A stretch of 49,898 bases of DNA from NCBI RefSeq assembly GCF_001194135.2, contig NC_068981.1:78667681-78717578 (forward strand), read 5' to 3'. The first letter of the stretch is position 1. The number at the start of each line of letters is the position of its first letter. Made by a program: the position numbers and the translations under genes. The notes beneath the pieces are model-generated. The model was not told the origin of the DNA. It saw only the letters and a program-made list of their open reading frames with translations, and did no database searches. Origin of the DNA: Octopus bimaculoides. Its lineage: Eukaryota. Shown here piece by piece: positions 12,295-22,303 of this stretch.

Positions 12295-12306
12295 TATATA
12301 TACATG

Positions 12307-12690
12307 TGTAACGGTTATGATTTGTTAGAGTCGGAGGTTACCACTTGTAACGGTAAGGTTTTTGGTTGTAGTCGAGGGTCACCAATTGTAACGATTAGGT
12401 TTTTGTGTAGCGATGATAATTTTGTGTAGTTATCAATTGTAACGGTTGTAAGATGAACGATGAACAGTGATCGAAGTTGTAAAGAAATATTTATTTGCCG
12501 TTACTTTAATAAATGCCATGCCATGACGGGTAGGTTAGTGTAATAGTATAACACAGTTCGTAAAGCATGCAAGGTAAAGAAAGTTAATTTCGGCCTGTAT
12601 ATGTGTGTACACGATCTTGTAGTAGTAAACAGACAGAGATAGGATAATGTTGCAGATAAAAGAAAATGAGCTAGTGAAAGTTGTAGAGCG
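12307..12690 (-). mobile_element. LTR-retrotransposon LTR remnant with PBS-like repeats
   Basis: On the minus strand an AATAAA lies about 50 nt before ...ccgttaca, followed by tggtgaccctcgac and tggtaacctccgac, which resemble a tRNA-Trp primer-binding site. Confidence 0.5.
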
Positions 12691-14339
12691 TGGGACTACT
12701 CCGAAAAATTGGCAAGTCTTATAAGTGATGGTAGCTACAGTAGAGTAAAGAAAGACCCAACTCTGAAAACAGAGAGGAAGTTGTCACAGATCTTGATCAA
12801 GAACAAGGATCACTTCACACCAATGAAGTATTGACAGCTGACTCAACACTACAGTAAAGTACCACACATGTACGGTCTCCCTAAGATTCACAAGGAAGGT
12901 ATTCCACTAAGACCTATAGTGAGATGTAGAGGTTCAGCATGTCATCCACTGAGCCGCTTCTTGGTGGATATAATCAGTCCATTAGCAGGAAAGTCAACAT
13001 CATACGTGAAGAATTCCACCCACTTCACAGAATTTATCAAGGATACCCCCATTGAATCCAACCAGATGGTGAGTCTAGATGTGATAAGTCTATTCACCAA
13101 AGTCCCAACTGGTGAAGCACTATCGGTGATTCAAGAAAAACTAGTGACAGACACCCATCTAAAAGAACGCACTAGTATACCAATAACAAACTTGATGGAA
13201 ATGTTGACTTTCTGTGTAGAAACTACCTACTTCAGTATGGACANNNNNNNNNNNNNNNNNNNNNNNNNNNNNNNNNNNNNNNNNNNNNNNNNNNNNNNNN
13301 NNNNNNNNNNNNNNNNNNNNNNNNNNNNNNNNNNNNNNNNNNNNNNNNNNNNNNNNNNNNNNNNNNNNNNNNNNNNNNNNNNNNNNNNNNNNNNNNNNNN
13401 NNNNNNNNNNNNNNNNNNNNNNNNNNNNNNNNNNNNNNNNNNNNNNNNNNNNNNNNNNNNNNNNNNNNNNNNNNNNNNNNNNNNNNNNNNNNNNNNNNNN
13501 NNNNNNNNNNNNNNNNNNNNNNNNNNNNNNNNNNNNNNNNNNNNNNNNNNNNNNNNNNNNNNNNNNNNNNNNNNNNNNNNNNNNNNNNNNNNNNNNNNNN
13601 NNNNNNNNNNNNNNNNNNNNNNNNNNNNNNNNNNNNNNNNNNNNNNNNNNNNNNNNNNNNNNNNNNNNNNNNNNNNNNNNNNNNNNNNNNNNNNNNNNNN
13701 NNNNNNNNNNNNNNNNNNNNNNNNNNNNNNNNNNNNNNNNNNNNNNNNNNNNNNNNNNNNNNNNNNNNNNNNNNNNNNNNNNNNNNNNNNNNNNNNNNNN
13801 NNNNNNNNNNNNNNNNNNNNNNNNNNNNNNNNNNNNNNNNNNNNNNNNNNNNNNNNNNNNNNNNNNNNNNNNNNNNNNNNNNNNNNNNNNNNNNNNNNNN
13901 NNNNNNNNNNNNNNNNNNNNNNNNNNNNNNNNNNNNNNNNNNNNNNNNNNNNNNNNNNNNNNNNNNNNNNNNNNNNNNNNNNNNNNNNNNNNNNNNNNNN
14001 NNNNNNNNNNNNNNNNNNNNNNNNNNNNNNNNNNNNNNNNNNNNNNNNNNNNNNNNNNNNNNNNNNNNNNNNNNNNNNNNNNNNNNNNNNNNNNNNNNNN
14101 NNNNNNNNNNNNNNTGGCAAAATGGAGACCACCTCCCCCTGTGGGATGAAGTTAAAATAATAGACAGGGAACAACACTGGAAAATACGAAAACTAAAAAA
14201 AAGCAGCACATATGCTAGGACACAACAACCTCCTAAGCAGACCGAGTGCAGATATGAATAGCATATGGGAACTGGTATTGAGGAAGGATAGAAAAATAAT
14301 AGATTTATAAGCCCTAAAATTCACTCCATAATTGCCCAC

Positions 14340-14460
14340 GGGCATATGGCGTAGTGGTTAAGAGCGCGGGCTACTAACCCCAAGATTCCGAGTTCGATTC
14401 ACGGCAGCGACCTGATTAATAATAGTAATAATAATAATAATAATAATAAAATAATAGTAA
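14340..14460 (+). mobile_element. Short tRNA-derived SINE with (AAT)n tail, inserted in the Penelope 3' region
   Basis: A-box tggcgtagtgg, B-box gagttcgattc, no pairing acceptor stem, followed by an AAT tail. Confidence 0.8.
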
Positions 14461-14500
14461 CGTCGTTAGGAATGAGAACCCAGGTTTGAAACTTCCCCAA

Positions 14501-14546
14501 GACACCTGACGAAGGCTGGAGGGTATATCAGCCGAAACGTTGTGTT
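14501..14546 (+). ncRNA. Minimal hammerhead ribozyme motif
   Basis: gacac CUGACGA A GGCUG (10-nt loop) CAGCC GAAA CGU U gtgtt: intact core boxes, 5-bp stem II, 5-bp stem I, and a palindromic ACGU in place of stem III. Confidence 0.7.
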
Positions 14547-14804
14547 AAGAACAAACAAGATGAAGACAAATATCCGTCAAATGTAAATGATGTATTTGGG
14601 GTTAGCTACAGTTTTTCCCTTTTTTTTTTCACAGATTAGGCCTACCAAAATTAGAGTGCACTTCATATGTCTTTGAGCCTTACATGTCTAAAAATACAAT
14701 ACTTGCAAATGATGAACTCACTCACCTTACTTTTGTCACCAGTTAAAAATCCTTAGCTAATTGTTGTTAGAACTAGAAAAGAGGGTTGAAGCGTTTATTG
14801 TAAA

Positions 14805-14895
14805 CTAGCAGAAATACCCGGCGTTGCCCGGGTTAAAGAGAATAATGAAATCTAAAAACGCCGTCTAGACTACGCATCATCTTTATATATAGAGA
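14805..14895 (-). mobile_element. 91-bp non-autonomous Helitron
   Basis: Minus strand reads A|TCtctatatata...cccgggcaacgccggg (hairpin)...CTAG|T: canonical termini, A/T target and no TSD. Confidence 0.85.
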
Positions 14896-16079
14896 TGTAT
14901 ATACACACACGCACCCAAACACACGTATATATACATGTATATCAATATAAATATATGAAAGTCAATGAAGTTTCGTAAAAGAAGGTGATCATGTACATAC
15001 TTTCTTGCTGTTGTGATTATAACACCTCATTGTAAACTATGTTCCTTGTTTTCCCTTGTGGAGCATATACAAATAGGTTTTTTGTTGCTGCCCACTCTTG
15101 AGCAGCCNNNNNNNNNNNNNNNNNNNNNNNNNNNNNNNNNNNNNNNNNNNNNNNNNNNNNNNNNNNNNNNNNNNNNNNNNNNNNNNNNNNNNNNNNNNNN
15201 NNNNNNNNNNNNNNNNNNNNNNNNNNNNNNNNNNNNNNNNNNNNNNNNNNNNNNNNNNNNNNNNNNNNNNNNNNNNNNNNNNNNNNNNNNNNNNNNNNNN
15301 NNNNNNNNNNNNNNNNNNNNNNNNNNNNNNNNNNNNNNNNNNNNNNNNNNNNNNNNNNNNNNNNNNNNNNNNNNNNNNNNNNNNNNNNNNNNNNNNNNNN
15401 NNNNNNNNNNNNNNNNNNNNNNNNNNNNNNNNNNNNNNNNNNNNNNNNNNNNNNNNNNNNNNNNNNNNNNNNNNNNNNNNNNNNNNNNNNNNNNNNNNNN
15501 NNNNNNNNNNNNNNNNNNNNNNNNNNNNNNNNNNNNNNNNNNNNNNNNNNNNNNNNNNNNNNNNNNNNNNNNNNNNNNNNNNNNNNNNNNNNNNNNNNNN
15601 NNNNNNNNNNNNNNNNNNNNNNNNNNNNNNNNNNNNNNNNNNNNNNNNNNNNNNNNNNNNNNNNNNNNNNNNNNNNNNNNNNNNNNNNNNNNNNNNNNNN
15701 NNNNNNNNNNNNNNNNNNNNNNNNNNNNNNNNNNNNNNNNNNNNNNNNNNNNNNNNNNNNNNNNNNNNNNNNNNNNNNNNNNNNNNNNNNNNNNNNNNNN
15801 NNNNNNNNNNNNNNNNNNNNNNNNNNNNNNNNNNNNNNNNNNNNNNNNNNNNNNNNNNNNNNNNNNNNNNNNNNNNNNNNNNNNNNNNNNNNNNNNNNNN
15901 NNNNNNNNTCTCTACATCTCTCTCTCTCTTTCTCTTTTTCTCTCTCTGTGAAAGTATCTGTCACCACAGTATCGAAATGTGATTGTTTCAGTTAGTGGAA
16001 TAGTTTCATTTTTAAAGTGAAAGTATTTGACATGAGTGTTTTTGTTTCACTTTTGACACGTAATACTTAAATAGTGGAG

Positions 16080-16263
16080 GAGATATTATGTTGCCGTGTG
16101 CTCGAACTCTGCAAGAAGTTAATTTTTTTTTGACTAAAACACAACTGGAACCCTAAGTAAGGCATGTGTAAAATTTGAATGAAATTGGTTGCGTAGTTCT
16201 CGAGTTTTAGGGATTCACACAGACAGACAGACAGACAGACATTCTCATTTTTATATATATAGA
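16080..16263 (-). mobile_element. Non-autonomous Helitron 5' portion
   Basis: Minus strand begins a|TCtatatatataaaaatgagaatgtctgtctgtctg, the usual 5' end with an internal (GTCT)n. The 3' end was not located. Confidence 0.6.
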
Positions 16264-16994
16264 TTTACAGCAAGTGTAATCATCTTGCATTTTAAACAAA
16301 ACACAAGAAAGTAATTTTCTCCTGAGTGGTATCATATTGAAGTAACCGGTGTGTGTATATGGGTGATGACAAAGCAAAACAGTTGATAAGTTTCAGAACA
16401 AATGTTAAGTACAAAAACATTGAAATTGAAGATAGAAAAAAGAAAATGAAAGAAATCAATGAAGTACTATAAAAGAAATAATAAAAAAGAAATGCAATGT
16501 ACATGTCAATGGATAATAGCAAAGCAAAAAGAAGTTGAAATTTTAGAACTATATACGCACACACATATATATATATTGCTTTATACAATCACCTCAGACG
16601 TATAAACGACACTGTTAATAGTTTCACATACATGGAAACCCAAGTACATTCTTCAGGCATGGACTATTTAAACTACTGAACTAAGCAGTTTAAACAATGG
16701 ACTGAATATAAAACAGCTCAAAAAACCCAAACAATCAAATAAACTGTGTGGGAGATAATACTATATTTTTGCTCCTTTCATCGTATCACTTTATATTTTT
16801 ATATTCAGGTTTAATATTCATATTTCCTATTCATATATTTTTACATTTTTTAATATTTTATATTTATTTATTATATTTTTCATATATTTTATATCTTTTT
16901 GCTCATTTCATATTTGTCTATTTAAATCTTTTCTATCATTTCTTATATTTCTTAATTTTTTTTTTTTTTCATTACATTTATATTTTATATTATA

Positions 16995-18273
16995 TTAGCA
17001 AAGATACCCAGTGTTGCTTGAGGTTAAAATAGCATATNNNNNNNNNNNNNNNNNNNNNNNNNNNNNNNNNNNNNNNNNNNNNNNNNNNNNNNNNNNNNNN
17101 NNNNNNNNNNNNNNNNNNNNNNNNNNNNNNNNNNNNNNNNNNNNNNNNNNNNNNNNNNNNNNNNNNNNNNNNNNNNNNNNNNNNNNNNNNNNNNNNNNNN
17201 NNNNNNNNNNNNNNNNNNNNNNNNNNNNNNNNNNNNNNNNNNNNNNNNNNNNNNNNNNNNNNNNNNNNNNNNNNNNNNNNNNNNNNNNNNNNNNNNNNNN
17301 NNNNNNNNNNNNNNNNNNNNNNNNNNNNNNNNNNNNNNNNNNNNNNNNNNNNNNNNNNNNNNNNNNNNNNNNNNNNNNNNNNNNNNNNNNNNNNNNNNNN
17401 NNNNNNNNNNNNNNNNNNNNNNNNNNNNNNNNNNNNNNNNNNNNNNNNNNNNNNNNNNNNNNNNNNNNNNNNNNNNNNNNNNNNNNNNNNNNNNNNNNNN
17501 NNNNNNNNNNNNNNNNNNNNNNNNNNNNNNNNNNNNNNNNNNNNNNNNNNNNNNNNNNNNNNNNNNNNNNNNNNNNNNNNNNNNNNNNNNNNNNNNNNNN
17601 NNNNNNNNNNNNNNNNNNNNNNNNNNNNNNNNNNNNNNNNNNNNNNNNNNNNNNNNNNNNNNNNNNNNNNNNNNNNNNNNNNNNNNNNNNNNNNNNNNNN
17701 NNNNNNNNNNNNNNNNNNNNNNNNNNNAAGCTTTGCAGAGAAACGACAATTTAAGTTTAGCACATGAATTTGGACAGAATTATAATTTTTATAATAATGG
17801 GATGGATCATATCTGAAAGCAGCTCCAGGAGTTGTGAAGAACGAATTTGTACATGCTCTGTTTCTGAGAGCTATTCTACTAGACCTCTGTGTAATCTGGG
17901 ATGCTAAACATTGTTTTAATGATTCAACATTAAGTGCTGCAGCATGCCTATGCTGATCTTGGGAAATTCTCATTTTCCTTCTCCCTTGAGATTCCATCTG
18001 ATGTGCAGCAGTATGCCTTCGCTGATTTTGAGAATGTCTCATCAACCTTCTCTCTTGAGACTCCATCAGACGTGTTACATACAGCATGCTTTTGCTGATC
18101 TTGAGAAAGTCTCATCTCCCTTCTCACTCCATCAAACAATCTGCAGCATGCCTTTGTTAATCTTGAGAAAGTCTCATGTCCCTTATCTCTTGAGACTCTT
18201 GGCTTCGGTTTTCTGAAATCCTCCTTGCTTGATAGATGTTTCTGGAAAGATTACATTTCTTTTTTGGTGGCAT
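16995..18273 (-). pseudogene. Helitron Rep-helicase N-terminal remnant and degenerate 3' terminus
   Basis: ATG at 18273 gives MPPKKKCNLSRN..., then ES.E..R..R repeats with stops, then AAFRYDPSHYY...VQIHVLNLNCRF. A 3' terminus at 16995-17030 resembles the hairpin/CTAG end of the mini-Helitron. A gap lies between. Confidence 0.8.
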
Positions 18274-18558
18274 ATTGTTTTTCAGTATTGTAATCAAAAA
18301 ATTATGAACATAGAACAAAATATACATTAATCTCTATTTTTGTAAGCAATTGTACGTATGTAGTATGTCTGTATTTTTGTATGCAGTGTAAATTAGCCAA
18401 ATATAAGCAAATTGTAAATACCTTGTAATCTTGCAACTGCTGCGCCAATTGTGAACTGGTAATTGAATGGTGGATGTGTATTTTTATATACTTTGAACAT
18501 GCCACCTAATTGTCAACATCTCCAGCTGTTCTCATCACATATGTATATGTATGTGTAG

Positions 18559-18684
<126 letters not shown>

Positions 18685-19049
18685 AATAACATGTTGCTTT
18701 CTTATTAGATGCTTTCTCTTTTTGCAGGAAGATATGTTGTCGAACTTAGTTTTAATTTTGATAAAATACAATTAAAACGCTGGGGGAGGGGGAAAGAATA
18801 TTGATGTTTTTATGCATGAGCAAGTCATCTGTTGATATCAATGTGGAACGTACTATTGCATTACAGCATACTTTGTCAACATGAATCAGTGAACAGTCAA
18901 TAACATTTGCGTGATGGGTTATTAAGGACATTGTATGGTGAGAAAGAAATCTGAAGGGATGTAGAAAGTTTTTAATAGGATATAGATGTCAGTTAAGGGA
19001 AAAGTTATTAAACACTGACACACCACTGGTAGAACATTGCCAAATTGTG

Positions 19050-19532
19050 TAAGAAAAATACTGAAAAACATTGGATATGAACAAAGAGTTGCAAGAAAGA
19101 AGCCTATAACTTTAAAACCTAATTAGATCAAAAGACTCTGCACTATCACATATGGCTCAAGTAATTCAGAAATGGATGGCTGAAAATTTTCATGGTCACA
19201 TAGGCCCTACCATTTGGTCTCTTAATTCCTAGATCTCTGGAGCATTATTGAGAGAGAGGTCAATAAACACACCCATAACACCAAAGATTCTTTGAAAGCT
19301 GCCATAGTCAGAGTAAAGTCCAAATTGAATCAGGGCTACTTGATTCAAGCATGTAGATGCTTTAGATCTCATATAGAAACAGTTAGTGAAGGTGGCTTTA
19401 TTGAATAACATTATAGAAAAGAAGGTATATTTTTATCCTCATAGCATTTTTGATAAAGTTATTATCTGTTATTATATATACCTGTTCTTTTTTCTAAACA
19501 TAAATCTGTCCTCAAATATCTTACGCACCCTG
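19050..19532 (+). mobile_element. Tc1-like fragment joined to a maT (DD37D-like) 3' half with right TIR
   Basis: RKILKNIGYEQRVARKKP (Tc1-like), then QKWMAENFHGHI...EREVNKHTHNTKDSLKAAI...EGGFIE*. TIR cctcaaatatcttacgcaccctg ends at 19532. Confidence 0.75.
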
Positions 19533-19680
19533 AAACTTCATTGGCTGACAATGAAGGAGTGATGCTAGAGCTGTGAAATCTTGTATGTATTAATATCAAC
19601 TCTTCTCACCAATGTACTGTGTGCAAGGCAGCGAGCTGGCAGAATCGTTAGCACGCCAGGCGAAATGCTTAGCAGTATTT

Positions 19681-21312
19681 TTTCTCTGTGTTGGTGATTT
19701 TTTGAATAGTTTTTTGTGCTGCTTTGCAGCGGTTTGGGTATTTACGTGTGTGATTTGTTTGAACTTTCTCTTCTCGTAAGAGGAGAGACAGCTGGTTGAA
19801 GAATGTCTGAAGACAGTTATAGTTACTCAGACATGTCATCATCCGAGGAGGAGTTGCTGGAGGCAGTTAAGACAATGGACCAGAAACTGATAAAAGAGAA
19901 ATGGAATTTTGCTGATGTAGCAAGGTGCAAGGAAACAGAAGTGGACATAATGGAATTCGGAAGACACAAAGAAGAAATGAACTGAGATGAGTTTGAAGTG
20001 AGGCTGTCACCCCAGCAAGAAGATAAAAACGGAATAAGGGAAAAGTCGATAATCTATCGAACCTTTTCGATAAATAAAGGAAAAATAGACGTCGTCACGA
20101 CAGAACAAATAGAAAAGGCGTTAAAGCAGATTTGGGAAGACATAATATACCTGACTAGAGGTTCAACATTTGGAACAGTAGAAGTGAGGTTTCGTAATGC
20201 AGCAGCAGCAAGGAAATATGCAGCGTCGACAATTCGGAACGAAGAAGTGATACTGTTGCCCACGTATAGAGGCATGAGAGCAACAACGGTCACAGTTGAA
20301 GGAATCACACTGGAGATTGATGTGACCTGGGTGGCAGATACGGTCCTCTTTGGTAATGAGGACAACATAGTGGTGCTCCAGGCCAAGAAAAAAGAGTTCG
20401 TCAACTGGAGAGGTCAATCACTGGAGATGATAGTCCAGGGTTCAAAAGAAACGATGGAAAAGATTACGGAAACAATAATTATGGAAGAAACAATTATGAC
20501 TGTCAGAGTGGAAGGAAGAGTTCCACGCTGCTTTAAATGTGGCCCGAAGGGACACATAAGAGCAGAATGTACATCAAAGCCAAAGAAAAAGCGACCAAAA
20601 AATACGGAAGAGAAGAGAGAAAAGAGCCGCAGAAAGGAAGCAACTGAAAAAGAAAAGGAAGTAGCGAAAATAGGAAAAAATAAAGGGGAAAATGTGACAG
20701 GAAGAAAACGAAAAAAGGCAAGTAAACTAAACTGTAAACCACATTCCACACCCATCCCACCACACCCTCTCAGACCCACCCACTCCCTGCAGACACTAGA
20801 CCTATCTATTCCCATCCGACACAAAAACAAGAGGCAAACATATATACAAAGGAACCCAAAACCCCTCCCCCAAGTCAAAAAAGAGAAGGAAAAAGTGTAG
20901 GATTTATATGTTGCTTAGCGACGAACTGTTAAGGGATTCGGCGGAATGGAACATAAAGTGTATTGGAACTGCGGGGTATGATAACGTGGAGGAACATCAC
21001 TTGTGTGTAATACCAGATAAGAAGCAAGAGGAAAAAATACAAGAGTATATGGTTGGATTTTATTTTTGGGAGGTGGACTGCAGCTGGAGTTCATTCCCAG
21101 AATTTACTACGAACGATAGGTGGTTGGAGGAAACAGGTATCGATGTGTTAGAAGGTTCAGGATTTAAAAAGTAGAAAGTGAGGCTATTCGTAAGTGGGGC
21201 GAGTGGTTCCATTTCTATGTCTTCCTACGTTATAACATTCATTTCTATTTTTTATATATGTCCCACATGTTTTGTTTGTCACCTCTATGTTAACCCGCAT
21301 GGGTAATAAAAA
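19681..21312 (+). mobile_element. ORF1-only L1/Tx1-type retroelement (HAL1-like)
   Basis: TSD agtattt (19674-19680 and 21313-21319), T-rich 5' UTR, ORF1, 3' aataaaaaa. No endonuclease or RT motifs. Confidence 0.8.
19803..20900 (+). pseudogene. LINE ORF1 (gag-like) protein with CCHC zinc knuckle and one in-frame stop
   Basis: ORFs 19803-19985 and 19998-20900 share a frame. The protein has an acidic N-terminus, CFKCGPKGHIRAEC and a basic tail. Confidence 0.85.
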
Positions 21313-21976
21313 AGTATTTCTTCTGTCTTTATGTTCTGATTTCAAATTCCGCCGAGGTCGTCTTTGCCTTTCATCCTTTCAGGGTCGATAAATTATGTAC
21401 CAGTTGCGTTCTGAGGTCGATGTAATCGACTGGCCCCCTCCCCGCAAAAATTCGGGCCTTGTGCCTAGAGCTGAAAAGAATGTACTGTAGGCATATGAAC
21501 AAATTACAATAAAAAAAAGAATAGCTTTACATTCTACTTCCTTTGAAAGATGCAAGAGGCATCATGCTTTATTTCAGTCATGGGTAAACTGCAGCCCGCG
21601 GAACTTTCTGAATGGTACGCCGAACGAAAAATTGCCTTGAATTTTATTTAGTAGTGCAACCTGCTTGATGATGAGCAGCCCGTTACTGGAAGAAGATTGC
21701 CTATGCCTGCTTTATTTAAAGGAGGCTATGTGTAGTCGCTCGACTTGTTAGAAACACCAGCCAAATTTCACCCTATTGTCTTAAAATAGGAAAGACATGT
21801 AGAATATACATTTCAGTACCGTTCATGACTATGACTAAAATACTTTTTATCATCGGTGTTATATCTTTCTGGTTTTGTGTTGAGACAGTCAAAAAACTCA
21901 TTGGAGGCGTTAATATGATTTGACGTGTTTATTTGCTTGGCATGTTTTTATATGTATATAGCAGAGTGATATACTA

Positions 21977-22303
21977 TGTAGCGATCCCTGGCGGTCAAGC
22001 AAGAAAGCAAAACGAGAAAAGGATTTAACGAGAGTAATCTCCCTCGACCTTCTAGAAAGTTCTCAAACATTCTAGAAGCTTCCTGTTAACTTCCAGATGA
22101 CGTGGAAGTCAGGGACTTCCGGTTTATCCCTTATATAAAGGAACACATTTCTAATTTCGCGCCATTCCTGCCTGTCGAATATCTTGGTAGAAGGACGTCA
22201 AGAATGAAAATTTAAAATATCCCTCCCGAAGTGGAGGCTGCATGGATTGTGGCCACCATACTATATGAAAGAGAAGATAAAATAAACATCATTCGGATCT
22301 ACA
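21977..22303 (+). mobile_element. Solo-LTR-like segment
   Basis: tgtag...ctaca termini, TATATAAA at 22132 and AATAAA at 22281. No matching TSD. Confidence 0.5.

Larger units (their letters stand above)
12691..14600 (+). mobile_element. 5'-truncated Penelope-like (Poseidon-type) retroelement
   Basis: RT motifs YGLPKIHKEGIPLRPIV and MVSLDVISLFTKVP (12694-13243, one in-frame stop). After the gap, a GIY-YIG C-terminus (IIDREQHWKIRKLKKAAH...NSIWELVL), then a terminal segment with a hammerhead motif. Confidence 0.92.
19627..21478 (+). mobile_element. Major-family SINE split by a 1.63-kb insertion
   Basis: Head at 19627-19680 and remainder at 21313-21478. Flanked by TSD-like aatgtactgtgtgca / aatgtactgtaggca. 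Confidence 0.9.

Noticed and set aside
14340-14415. Possible tRNA gene
   Set aside because: A and B boxes are present but the acceptor stem does not pair and an AAT tail follows; treated as a SINE.
16748-17032. Hydrophobic 94-aa ORF resembling a membrane protein
   Set aside because: Translation of extremely AT-rich low-complexity DNA gives F/I/L/Y by composition.
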